Origin: a virus
DNA: 64,000 nucleotides
IMG/VR virus record: IMGVR_UViG_3300036939_000049
Location: 1-64,000 of that record
Reading direction: 5' to 3' (one strand)
The position numbers and the translations under genes are program-made. This document shows, piece after piece, positions 56,967 through 64,000 of this stretch (the stretch's first letter is position 1; each line of letters starts with the position of its first letter). The notes beneath the pieces were generated by a model, which did not search any database, was not told the DNA's origin, and saw only the letters and a list, made by a program, of their open reading frames with translations.

Positions 56967-57581
56967 ATGATTAAACACCTTCTATCGTTTTTCAGGAGGC
57001 TATTTCTTATGCCACGCAAACCTGCTTCTGGGGGTTCACCCAGGAATAGAAAAAAATCAACTCCATCACCAGAGATATCGACAGAGTATCAATTCGATAC
57101 GCTAACAGAAAGTGAAAAAGCTTTGCAACGTGCGGGTTGGAAACCAACCTTGCTTGATGATTTTGCCGAATTTCGCCGCATCCATAACATTACACCAGAG
57201 ATTATTGCTCAAAAACGCGCTGAGGGTTTCGAGATTGCCGATATTGTTAGCTTAGAAGCGACCTCAATTCATGGCGATGTTTTAGAGACAAGTCGTTTAC
57301 GAGGTAGCTTTCATTCTTTGGCGGTGTCAGAAGACCAACTGGGCTTGGTTAAAGAGTTGGAAGCCGCACGTCGCGAGAATGCCCGATTGAAAGGTGATGC
57401 AATTGTGTTGCCTGTCTCCAAAAGCCAAATTGTTGATTTGTTTTGCTGGTGTAAAGACAACATGGCATGGCTCATTGTTGGAATGTTAGGTGTTTCCCTG
57501 ATTTGGGTAGTATTCTTCAAGTCTGCACCTACCCCACATCAAGCGCCTACGCCAACGGTAACTCAAAAAACGCAACGCTAA
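56967..57581 (+). CDS. Membrane-anchored coiled-coil protein
   Basis: Coiled coil followed by TM WLIVGMLGVSLIWVVFF. Confidence 0.55.
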   Translation: MIKHLLSFFRRLFLMPRKPASGGSPRNRKKSTPSPEISTEYQFDTLTESEKALQRAGWKPTLLDDFAEFRRIHNITPEIIAQKRAEGFEIADIVSLEATSIHGDVLETSRLRGSFHSLAVSEDQLGLVKELEAARRENARLKGDAIVLPVSKSQIVDLFCWCKDNMAWLIVGMLGVSLIWVVFFKSAPTPHQAPTPTVTQKTQR

Positions 57582-57633
57582 ACATCAGGGTGCGTCCGCT
57601 AGAACTCATCTACCAATCTAAGGACGCACTATC

Positions 57634-58131
57634 GTGTCTAATTTTTTTGCTTCATTTTTCAAATCATCCAGCAAAGATTCAACGCCACAAACACCAAATG
57701 CTGAAATAGAATTTCTAAATTTTGCAGGTCGTAACCTCGCAGGCTATAACTTTTCGGCAGCTGGATTAAAAGACGCTAACTTTTCAGATGCGGATTTAAC
57801 AGAAGCTGACTTAAGTTTAGCGATTCTTGCTTGGGGTAACTTTACGCGATCACGCATGACCCACACAAACTTAAGAGGTGCCAATTTAATTGGTGCAAAG
57901 CTGATTAGTTCTGATTTAACCAAAGCTAATTTAGTTGGGACAAACTTGATTGGTGCAGACTTAACCGGAGCTAATCTTGTTGGCGCAAATCTTTCAGGAG
58001 CCACGCTTCAAGCTGCTGACCTTACAGGCGCGAATCTAACAGGTGCAAATTTAAGTGGCGCTAATTTGCTAGATGCCATTATTACAGGGACTAATTTCCA
58101 CGGAGCAATTTTAACGAACGCTAATTACTGA
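57634..58131 (+). CDS. Pentapeptide repeat protein
   Basis: Continuous A[DN]L-x-x repeats. Confidence 0.92.
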   Translation: MSNFFASFFKSSSKDSTPQTPNAEIEFLNFAGRNLAGYNFSAAGLKDANFSDADLTEADLSLAILAWGNFTRSRMTHTNLRGANLIGAKLISSDLTKANLVGTNLIGADLTGANLVGANLSGATLQAADLTGANLTGANLSGANLLDAIITGTNFHGAILTNANY

Positions 58132-58136
58132 GAAAA

Positions 58137-59861
58137 ATGGTTGGAACATTACGCAAGCCTTCTGCTATTCGATCTACCACTACATCTTTACCTGTAGCTT
58201 TACCTAAATCTCAATATTGCCTTGCGAGTGAACTTCTTGTAGAACAATCCAAACTTCTGGCAAACCGTGTCACTGGACTTAAAGAGCAGGCGTTGCTCGA
58301 TAGCCAGTGCCAAGAGCTTGCGAGACAAATTGAGGAGCGGGCGCTTCACCTGATTCGTAGGTACGAGTCGGGTGAAATTGACCTTAAAGTCTTCGAGAAG
58401 CATAAGCGCGAGATACTGGGAGCCGCCGCTGCCATTGGCTTGAGTTTGTTGATTTTGAGCAATTTCAATCCAGTCTCAAAAAAAGGGAATACCGAGGTGA
58501 AGTCATCCGCAGTCTCAGTTCAGCCTCAAGTTCAAACTTTGTTCTCTGCGCCAGCTAAGCCTGACACTTTTAAGTCTGTAGACAAATTGAATAGCCCAAT
58601 CAAATCACTTGCTGAACTAAAAGCGTTGTTCGCCGATCCGAAAGCACCGGGCGCGATCGCGATAGGTGCTGCCGAAGGTAATTACGACAGTAAAGGTAAT
58701 CGTCTGAGGAATTGGTATGGGCACTCTGACCCTGGGGATAATCGGTACAACAAAGGTTTTTGTTCTATTGCCCCTGGTAGAGGTGACCATTTTAGTGGGG
58801 GAACACCGGAAGAGGCGGATGCGGCTTGTATCCGGATGCTGCAAGGGAAATTGGAGAAAGTATTTGCTGACTTCGAGAGAGCTGGCGCAGAGTTAACCTT
58901 AGAGCGGGCCATTAATTCTCTTGACCTTTACAACCAAGCTTCTCCTGATGTCTCAAAGAGGTTCCCAAAGCGTCTTGTTGAATTTGAAAGGAAGTCAAGT
59001 GGAGTTGACTTGATTGCCGATGCTCGGACTGCGGCATTCTACAAAGGCAATCGCAACACCGCTACTGGTTTGCTGAGTATCTGTCGTAGGGAGAATCGCC
59101 CGGTTTCGGACTGGAACTGCGTGCGGGGTGACCAGATGCGGCGTGCTGTGGCAATCCGCAAAACCCTTAACGAACTACCTGCTATTGCGCCAAGCTTGCC
59201 CGTTCAAGCTGAATCTAAGAGCAGCATTTTTCGCCCGATTGTCAATTTTTTCAACAAGACCGCTGGGCAGCAATACTCTGCTGAAGCCATTATTCAATTA
59301 ATGGAGAAGCGCGGATACAAAGTCACTCGCAATCCACAAGAAGTCAACATTGTTCACGTTCGCAATGGAATTGAGGCACGCGATCGCTTTGAAGATGATC
59401 GCTTGGTTATTCAGTTCGACGCTTCAGGAAAGCCCCAGATCATCGGGCAGTGGAAAGAAACAACCAAACCAGGTCTAGGTGTGGTACGAACAACCCAACG
59501 ACGGGATGGCGCCATTACTGTTTCAGAAGGGCAGTGGGAGTATAAAGTTGGAACGCACTACGGACAAACGGGCCTGTTTGCCCACGAAGCATTAATTCAG
59601 GTATCCCCTAGTAGAGGAAGACGTGACACCAATCGCGATGGTACGCCTGATAAGCCTGTTTTCGGGCATTACTGGACGAATATCCACGGACCTTGGACAG
59701 ATGAAGGGGACAGGGTACACAAGAAAAGTGCAGGTTGTTTCGTAACCAGAACCAAGAAAGCGCATCAGCAGTTTATGGAAATTGTTAAGCGCGATCGCAG
59801 GTATCAACGAAACTCCGAACATGTGTTTTTAGCAACTGTAATCAACGCAGAGGATTTATAG
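58137..59861 (+). CDS. Membrane-tethered putative cell-wall enzyme (lysozyme-like plus YkuD-like domain)
   Basis: TM ILGAAAAIGLSLLIL; IGAAEG...YGHSDPG..N.G; C-terminal TNIHG...SAGC. Confidence 0.6.
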   Translation: MVGTLRKPSAIRSTTTSLPVALPKSQYCLASELLVEQSKLLANRVTGLKEQALLDSQCQELARQIEERALHLIRRYESGEIDLKVFEKHKREILGAAAAIGLSLLILSNFNPVSKKGNTEVKSSAVSVQPQVQTLFSAPAKPDTFKSVDKLNSPIKSLAELKALFADPKAPGAIAIGAAEGNYDSKGNRLRNWYGHSDPGDNRYNKGFCSIAPGRGDHFSGGTPEEADAACIRMLQGKLEKVFADFERAGAELTLERAINSLDLYNQASPDVSKRFPKRLVEFERKSSGVDLIADARTAAFYKGNRNTATGLLSICRRENRPVSDWNCVRGDQMRRAVAIRKTLNELPAIAPSLPVQAESKSSIFRPIVNFFNKTAGQQYSAEAIIQLMEKRGYKVTRNPQEVNIVHVRNGIEARDRFEDDRLVIQFDASGKPQIIGQWKETTKPGLGVVRTTQRRDGAITVSEGQWEYKVGTHYGQTGLFAHEALIQVSPSRGRRDTNRDGTPDKPVFGHYWTNIHGPWTDEGDRVHKKSAGCFVTRTKKAHQQFMEIVKRDRRYQRNSEHVFLATVINAEDL

Positions 59862-59862
59862 T

Positions 59863-60189
59863 ATGTTACCAGATGAACACTGGCTTAATGTACCAATCGA
59901 CGACTACCAATACTACGATTGGAAGCTACAGTGTAAACTCGACCCTAAGGGGATTTACTTTCGTTACCAAGCACCTGGAATGACTGACTGGTGGGACGGG
60001 TTCATTTCTGGGGGTACGCTTGATTATGTCCGCTATTATTTTTCAGCTTGGGCGGACATGCGCGTGCGATCGCTTCCGTTAAGTCCTAAAAAACAAGCAA
60101 AAACTCGGTTGGTAAAAGTAAAAGTAAAACCAGTGCCGTCAACAATTCCAGAAACTTCTAAATCAAAGAAAAAACAGAGTGTAAAATAA
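59863..60189 (+). CDS. Hypothetical protein
   Basis: 108 aa, last gene before the terminator. Confidence 0.5.
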   Translation: MLPDEHWLNVPIDDYQYYDWKLQCKLDPKGIYFRYQAPGMTDWWDGFISGGTLDYVRYYFSAWADMRVRSLPLSPKKQAKTRLVKVKVKPVPSTIPETSKSKKKQSVK

Positions 60190-60223
60190 GAAGGTTAGTA
60201 GAACGAGATGCACCCTGTAACCG

Positions 60224-60256
60224 AAAAAGCGACGTCGCATACAACGTCGCTTTTTT
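60224..60256. terminator. Bidirectional intrinsic terminator
   Basis: aaaaagcgacgt-cgcataca-acgtcgctttttt between convergent operons. Confidence 0.8.
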
Positions 60257-60270
60257 ATGGCTAGAAAAAA

Positions 60271-60651
60271 TCAGGTAACGGTAGTAGCACCCGCGCCGCC
60301 ACCTCGAACACTAAACCAATCCCCAACCGCTGTTGTATTAATTGAAATAAAAATATTTCGACTGACGGAGTTAATGAATACTAAATCAATAAATAGAGGA
60401 ACGAGGGTTGGTGCCGTCTCGCGAACGACAACGTTGTTGTGACAGATCCATTTTCTAGTGCCTCCTAACACAGGAGTAATCACAATCGGTTCATAATCTG
60501 GAAGGGTGCTATCCAAGAGTGTGTAGCTACAAGGCGGTAACCCTGCTCCAGGACTTTTAACAACCAGTGTTGTCCCTGTAAATACGTTGGTTAGATCTAT
60601 CGCTCTTAGCCTGAATAAATTGTCTAAAACGATTGGGTTACTTGCTGGCAT
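60271..60651 (-). CDS. Small virion protein (paralog of 60653..61009)
   Basis: Shared L[RK]AI...SPG..L.P..YTL...P.VI.P...WI...AP...PLFI..IN pattern. Confidence 0.55.
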   Translation of the reverse strand: MPASNPIVLDNLFRLRAIDLTNVFTGTTLVVKSPGAGLPPCSYTLLDSTLPDYEPIVITPVLGGTRKWICHNNVVVRETAPTLVPLFIDLVFINSVSRNIFISINTTAVGDWFSVRGGGAGATTVT

Positions 60652-60652
60652 C

Positions 60653-61009
60653 TTAAATCCTCACCCAGTTTGCACTACTAGTAGTTCCTGTTGATTCGTA
60701 CACTTGGACAGGGGTTGTAGCGGTGTTAATCCAACGCTGACCAATAAATAGCGGTGCTGTAGCTGGTGCAGCTGCTGCTGTGAATACTTTAGCCGTATCA
60801 GCAATCCAGCAATCAGCTGTTAAAGATGTTGGTATCACGACAACGGGTAAACTTTCCGTTTGAGTTACAGCTTTGAATAGGGTATACCAACTGGGCAGTA
60901 AATTGGTTCCAGGACTTCCCACAACCCGGCGTGCGCCATTGGGCAAATTGGCTGTGGGTATTGCTTTTAATGCCGCTACATTAGCGACGTAATAAACAGC
61001 ATCAGGCAT
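60653..61009 (-). CDS. Small virion protein
   Basis: Paralog of 60271..60651. Confidence 0.55.
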   Translation of the reverse strand: MPDAVYYVANVAALKAIPTANLPNGARRVVGSPGTNLLPSWYTLFKAVTQTESLPVVVIPTSLTADCWIADTAKVFTAAAAPATAPLFIGQRWINTATTPVQVYESTGTTSSANWVRI

Positions 61010-61015
61010 TGAACT

Positions 61016-61387
61016 TTAAATTTGAATTACACTCAGATCGATTTGCGCGATCGCGCTCAATGGCGTAATCTCTCCAGGGTTGTCCCAGTCTGAGTTTAGA
61101 TCCCAGTCTGGAAGGGAGTGCCAATCAATTGTATTTACTTCCATTACTTTAGCGCTAAAGCCTTCTCCAGCGCGTAAAACAACTTTCCCTGGTAATCGCC
61201 ACGTAGTGTTTGCAGCTAATCTCACGGTGTACTCTACCGAGGTTTCGCCGGCAGAACGCACAAGATAGAGATTACACGCTTTGCTGCTAATGGCTAACAA
61301 GCTAAATATTATCTCGCCATTTTGGGTAGCCGTATAAATATTAGATCTAGTTCCTGATAATTGAGATACGCCACGATCAATTTTCAA
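61016..61387 (-). CDS. Hypothetical virion protein
   Basis: Beta-rich; in the minus-strand structural operon. Confidence 0.5.
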   Translation of the reverse strand: MKIDRGVSQLSGTRSNIYTATQNGEIIFSLLAISSKACNLYLVRSAGETSVEYTVRLAANTTWRLPGKVVLRAGEGFSAKVMEVNTIDWHSLPDWDLNSDWDNPGEITPLSAIAQIDLSVIQI

Positions 61388-61401
61388 GAGTCACCTCAAT
61401 C

Positions 61402-63318
61402 TTAATCTGATAATGCCAATATTAGCCCAATTGCATCGCCGATCGTCGGAACATCCAATTGAGCAGGCGTTACTTGATGGGGGTTGTTGGTATCTATGAG
61501 GTGACTAAATAAATCCACAAAGCTCCCAGGTACTTCAACCATGCAGCCCTCTGCCGGATTGTGAGAAATGCGTGACACTTGAGTTCCATCCAGGTAGTAC
61601 GCGATCGCGATTTCGTATGTACCCGCTATCAGGCTTCCCCCAGATGCGCCTTGTAGCGTAATGGTGGGAGGGCTAAACAATCCGTGGTCACTACTTGGAG
61701 GGGCAGGAAGCGTGGTAATCTCCGTCAATCCGCTTAACGTGCCAATTTGCGGATTTGCAATTGCAGGAACTCGCACTTCGTAAATTCTCCCGCCAAATCG
61801 AACGAAAACCGCTAAGACGGGTAAATTAAAACTACCTTTAGTATTTCCCCCAATTACCGGGTAATCATTCCGGATTGCGTTTGGATAAGTGCAAGTGATG
61901 GAAATAGCTTGATTGACTGTTATTGCCACACTCTTCCATTCCCCGGCTTGGGAGTATCCCACAGCACAATCTACAATCGCTCGGATAGCTTCTGTACTAG
62001 GCACACTACCACCACGTAAAAATATTCCTCCGTTCCCATCAATGGTTACTTTTTGTCCTGTCCTGTTAGGTGCAATCCCATAAACACGATGTCTTGCTTT
62101 TGCAGGAAAGCTAAATCGCTCTACCAAGGCACTACCTTCCAAGACGTCTACGCCGCCCCCATCGTTCGGCAACACACGCAGTAAGTCGCCATTGAAAAAT
62201 ACCAAACTTTTGCCACCAACAAGCTCCCATAAGTCTCCAGCAAAATTCCCAGCCTGTGCAAAGGGAAACAAGATGATAGACAGCCGAGTCCCTTCCAATA
62301 TTTCTCGCTGTACCTGTTCTGAGCTAAATTGTAGGTATACTTCTACAAAGTATGCCCATCCCGTAGGTAAGTCTGTCCGTAAAGTTAGCAATCCCCTTAC
62401 GCCGTACTCCCAAGTTCGAGTTCCGCCCAATTCGTTAATTGTGGTGCCATTACTATCGACTGTCACCAATGCCCCATTAGCTAGATTGACCATCCCTCTT
62501 GGGCGCACAATTAACAAGCGGTCATAAACCTGGCTTCTGATAACCCCTTCTTGCCTTACCTCTATCCCAAATGTCGTTCCCGCCGACACTGCCATAGAAC
62601 TGTTGTTGCGCCAATAAAGCTTTAATGGAAAGCTGCGCGACCCATCCATTGGGTATTTTGGTGGTGCTAGTACCGCATCAAGCGGGACGGTTGTCACGTC
62701 TTGAGCACAACCACTGTCTCCGTAAGGGTCGGTAACTGCACTTAATAAAGGATTTCCTGCCATCCTCACCCATTTCTCCGTTGGGCGACTTGGAGGTGTA
62801 ATTACTTGCGTTCCATCTACTGCCCTATACTCCCCTGGATCATAGTAATAAAAAGCCCCTTTACTACTAATTAAGCGCACCATTCCTTGTAGTAAGTCAG
62901 CGCCTATCGGTAACTGTGTGGCGGTATCGACTGCGGGTGCAAGTGTGATGTGTGCCGCTCTGTTTAAAACGATTGGGGTAAGTACGCGATCGCTAATTCC
63001 AATTACCCGCCTATTTTCATCAGTAGCGTATTCATACGTCTTCCATCCACACAAAATCATGCCGTCATGACATAACCAGTACCAATGAAAATCAGTTGCG
63101 TCTGTTTTATTGCTTATAGGTAGTGTAATTTGAATTGCTTGAGACGCTGTGTAATTTACGGTTACTTCATTACTGGCAATCGTAAACCCTGCCCTGTTTT
63201 GTCCATGCAAGGTTAATGTGAGAGAGCCTGCGGTGCTAAACTGTCCGCCATTGAGTAACGCGATCACGGAGCTATCAAATGCAAGTTTTGTTAATCCGTA
63301 AGCGAATTCACAAGGCAT
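61402..63318 (-). CDS. Large tail or baseplate structural protein
   Basis: 638 aa; C-terminal HLIDTNNPHQVTPAQL shares the tail-fibre NPH repeat. Confidence 0.6.
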   Translation of the reverse strand: MPCEFAYGLTKLAFDSSVIALLNGGQFSTAGSLTLTLHGQNRAGFTIASNEVTVNYTASQAIQITLPISNKTDATDFHWYWLCHDGMILCGWKTYEYATDENRRVIGISDRVLTPIVLNRAAHITLAPAVDTATQLPIGADLLQGMVRLISSKGAFYYYDPGEYRAVDGTQVITPPSRPTEKWVRMAGNPLLSAVTDPYGDSGCAQDVTTVPLDAVLAPPKYPMDGSRSFPLKLYWRNNSSMAVSAGTTFGIEVRQEGVIRSQVYDRLLIVRPRGMVNLANGALVTVDSNGTTINELGGTRTWEYGVRGLLTLRTDLPTGWAYFVEVYLQFSSEQVQREILEGTRLSIILFPFAQAGNFAGDLWELVGGKSLVFFNGDLLRVLPNDGGGVDVLEGSALVERFSFPAKARHRVYGIAPNRTGQKVTIDGNGGIFLRGGSVPSTEAIRAIVDCAVGYSQAGEWKSVAITVNQAISITCTYPNAIRNDYPVIGGNTKGSFNLPVLAVFVRFGGRIYEVRVPAIANPQIGTLSGLTEITTLPAPPSSDHGLFSPPTITLQGASGGSLIAGTYEIAIAYYLDGTQVSRISHNPAEGCMVEVPGSFVDLFSHLIDTNNPHQVTPAQLDVPTIGDAIGLILALSD

Positions 63319-63323
63319 TAAAA

Positions 63324-64000
63324 TTATGCTCCATTCTTTTTTGTATAATAACTTGCTACAAGCACTTTAGCGTTTGGTAATAAACCTAAAACTGTAACTT
63401 TTTTATCTTCTTTTACTACAAGACCATTATTTAGTATTTTAGCTACCCAAACTAAGACATCTTTGGTTGTTTTTTCTGGGTTCGTTTTGTCATATATATT
63501 GAATTCCCGATAATCTCTAAATCTTTTCTTTACCCATAGACCTGAGCCATAAGCGCCTTCCATAATATCACTTTCAATAACGTCTTTATCGATAGAAGGT
63601 GCTACCAGATAAAAATTGTTTTTGACAAGAGTTGCACCAAACCTAGGATTTATTGAGCTTATACTAGTGTTTGTATCTTCATAAGCGTAGCTTGCTAATG
63701 TATTAACTATGGTTGAGTTATCAGCACTCATTTGACTAACAATCACTTTATTGGTGACAACTCTACTAGGTGCAGTCCTAGAGCTACCATCAGAACTTTC
63801 ATACCTTGTAGATGTGTTTTGTTCAAGATGTACAATTGAGTTATTACATCCAATAATAAGAGAGTTTATATTAGTTTCTTCTTTTTGACTAAAAATATCT
63901 AAATACCCTCTAGTCCTAGGTGTTTCACTACTTATGTCTATCAGTTTATAATCAATCGTAAAACCGTCGTTTCCTATAAAAATAGGTTTTATTTTTTCCT
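63324..64000 (-). CDS. Partial AT-rich CDS entering from beyond the window edge
   Basis: The frame of 63324..63746 stays open to the end of the window. Confidence 0.55.
   Translation of the reverse strand, partial: EKIKPIFIGNDGFTIDYKLIDISSETPRTRGYLDIFSQKEETNINSLIIGCNNSIVHLEQNTSTRYESSDGSSRTAPSRVVTNKVIVSQMSADNSTIVNTLASYAYEDTNTSISSINPRFGATLVKNNFYLVAPSIDKDVIESDIMEGAYGSGLWVKKRFRDYREFNIYDKTNPEKTTKDVLVWVAKILNNGLVVKEDKKVTVLGLLPNAKVLVASYYTKKNGA

Noticed and set aside
125-62527. Many 60-155 aa ORFs overlapping recognised genes on the opposite strand or in another frame
   Set aside because: They are shadow ORFs without RBS or motifs and conflict with better-supported CDSs.

Overview
The window is most of the genome of a temperate cyanobacterial phage, probably a phage-plasmid. 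The cyanobacterial HIP1 octamer GCGATCGC is very abundant (roughly 70 copies by manual tally). Left to right: (1) a minus-strand head module (Mu gp36-like adaptor, major capsid, decoration, acidic scaffold, prohead protease) facing away from a DUF935-like portal, mixed with many small Arg-rich proteins; (2) tail-fibre genes with a duplicated N-terminus; (3) a lysis operon that contains a receiver-FHA signalling gene; (4) PAS and HTH regulators; (5) a compact class I ribonucleotide reductase, RNase HII, homing-type nucleases and a Dam-like methylase; (6) a lambda-O-like initiator with internal iterons, DnaB, an atypical DUF488-PolA and a C5-MTase/Dam/DNA-binding triple fusion; (7) small early genes, two non-autonomous IscB/omega-RNA elements and a ParM-like actin; (8) a second muralytic enzyme and more minus-strand virion genes running off the right edge. 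No terminase, integrase, primase or TnpA is visible. The most intriguing unexplained signals are: a 19-bp palindrome (TGTACACG-N3-CGTGTACA type) at about 10 sites, mostly gene junctions plus three inside the MTase-fused DNA-binding region; a PolA with His at the steric-gate position; a signalling toolkit (REC-FHA, two PAS proteins, an unannotated secreted PxRGDCR peptide); and a family of basic proteins sharing A-x-F and R-x-R-[VIL]-x-R-[LF] motifs. All family assignments come from motif recognition by eye, not database searches.
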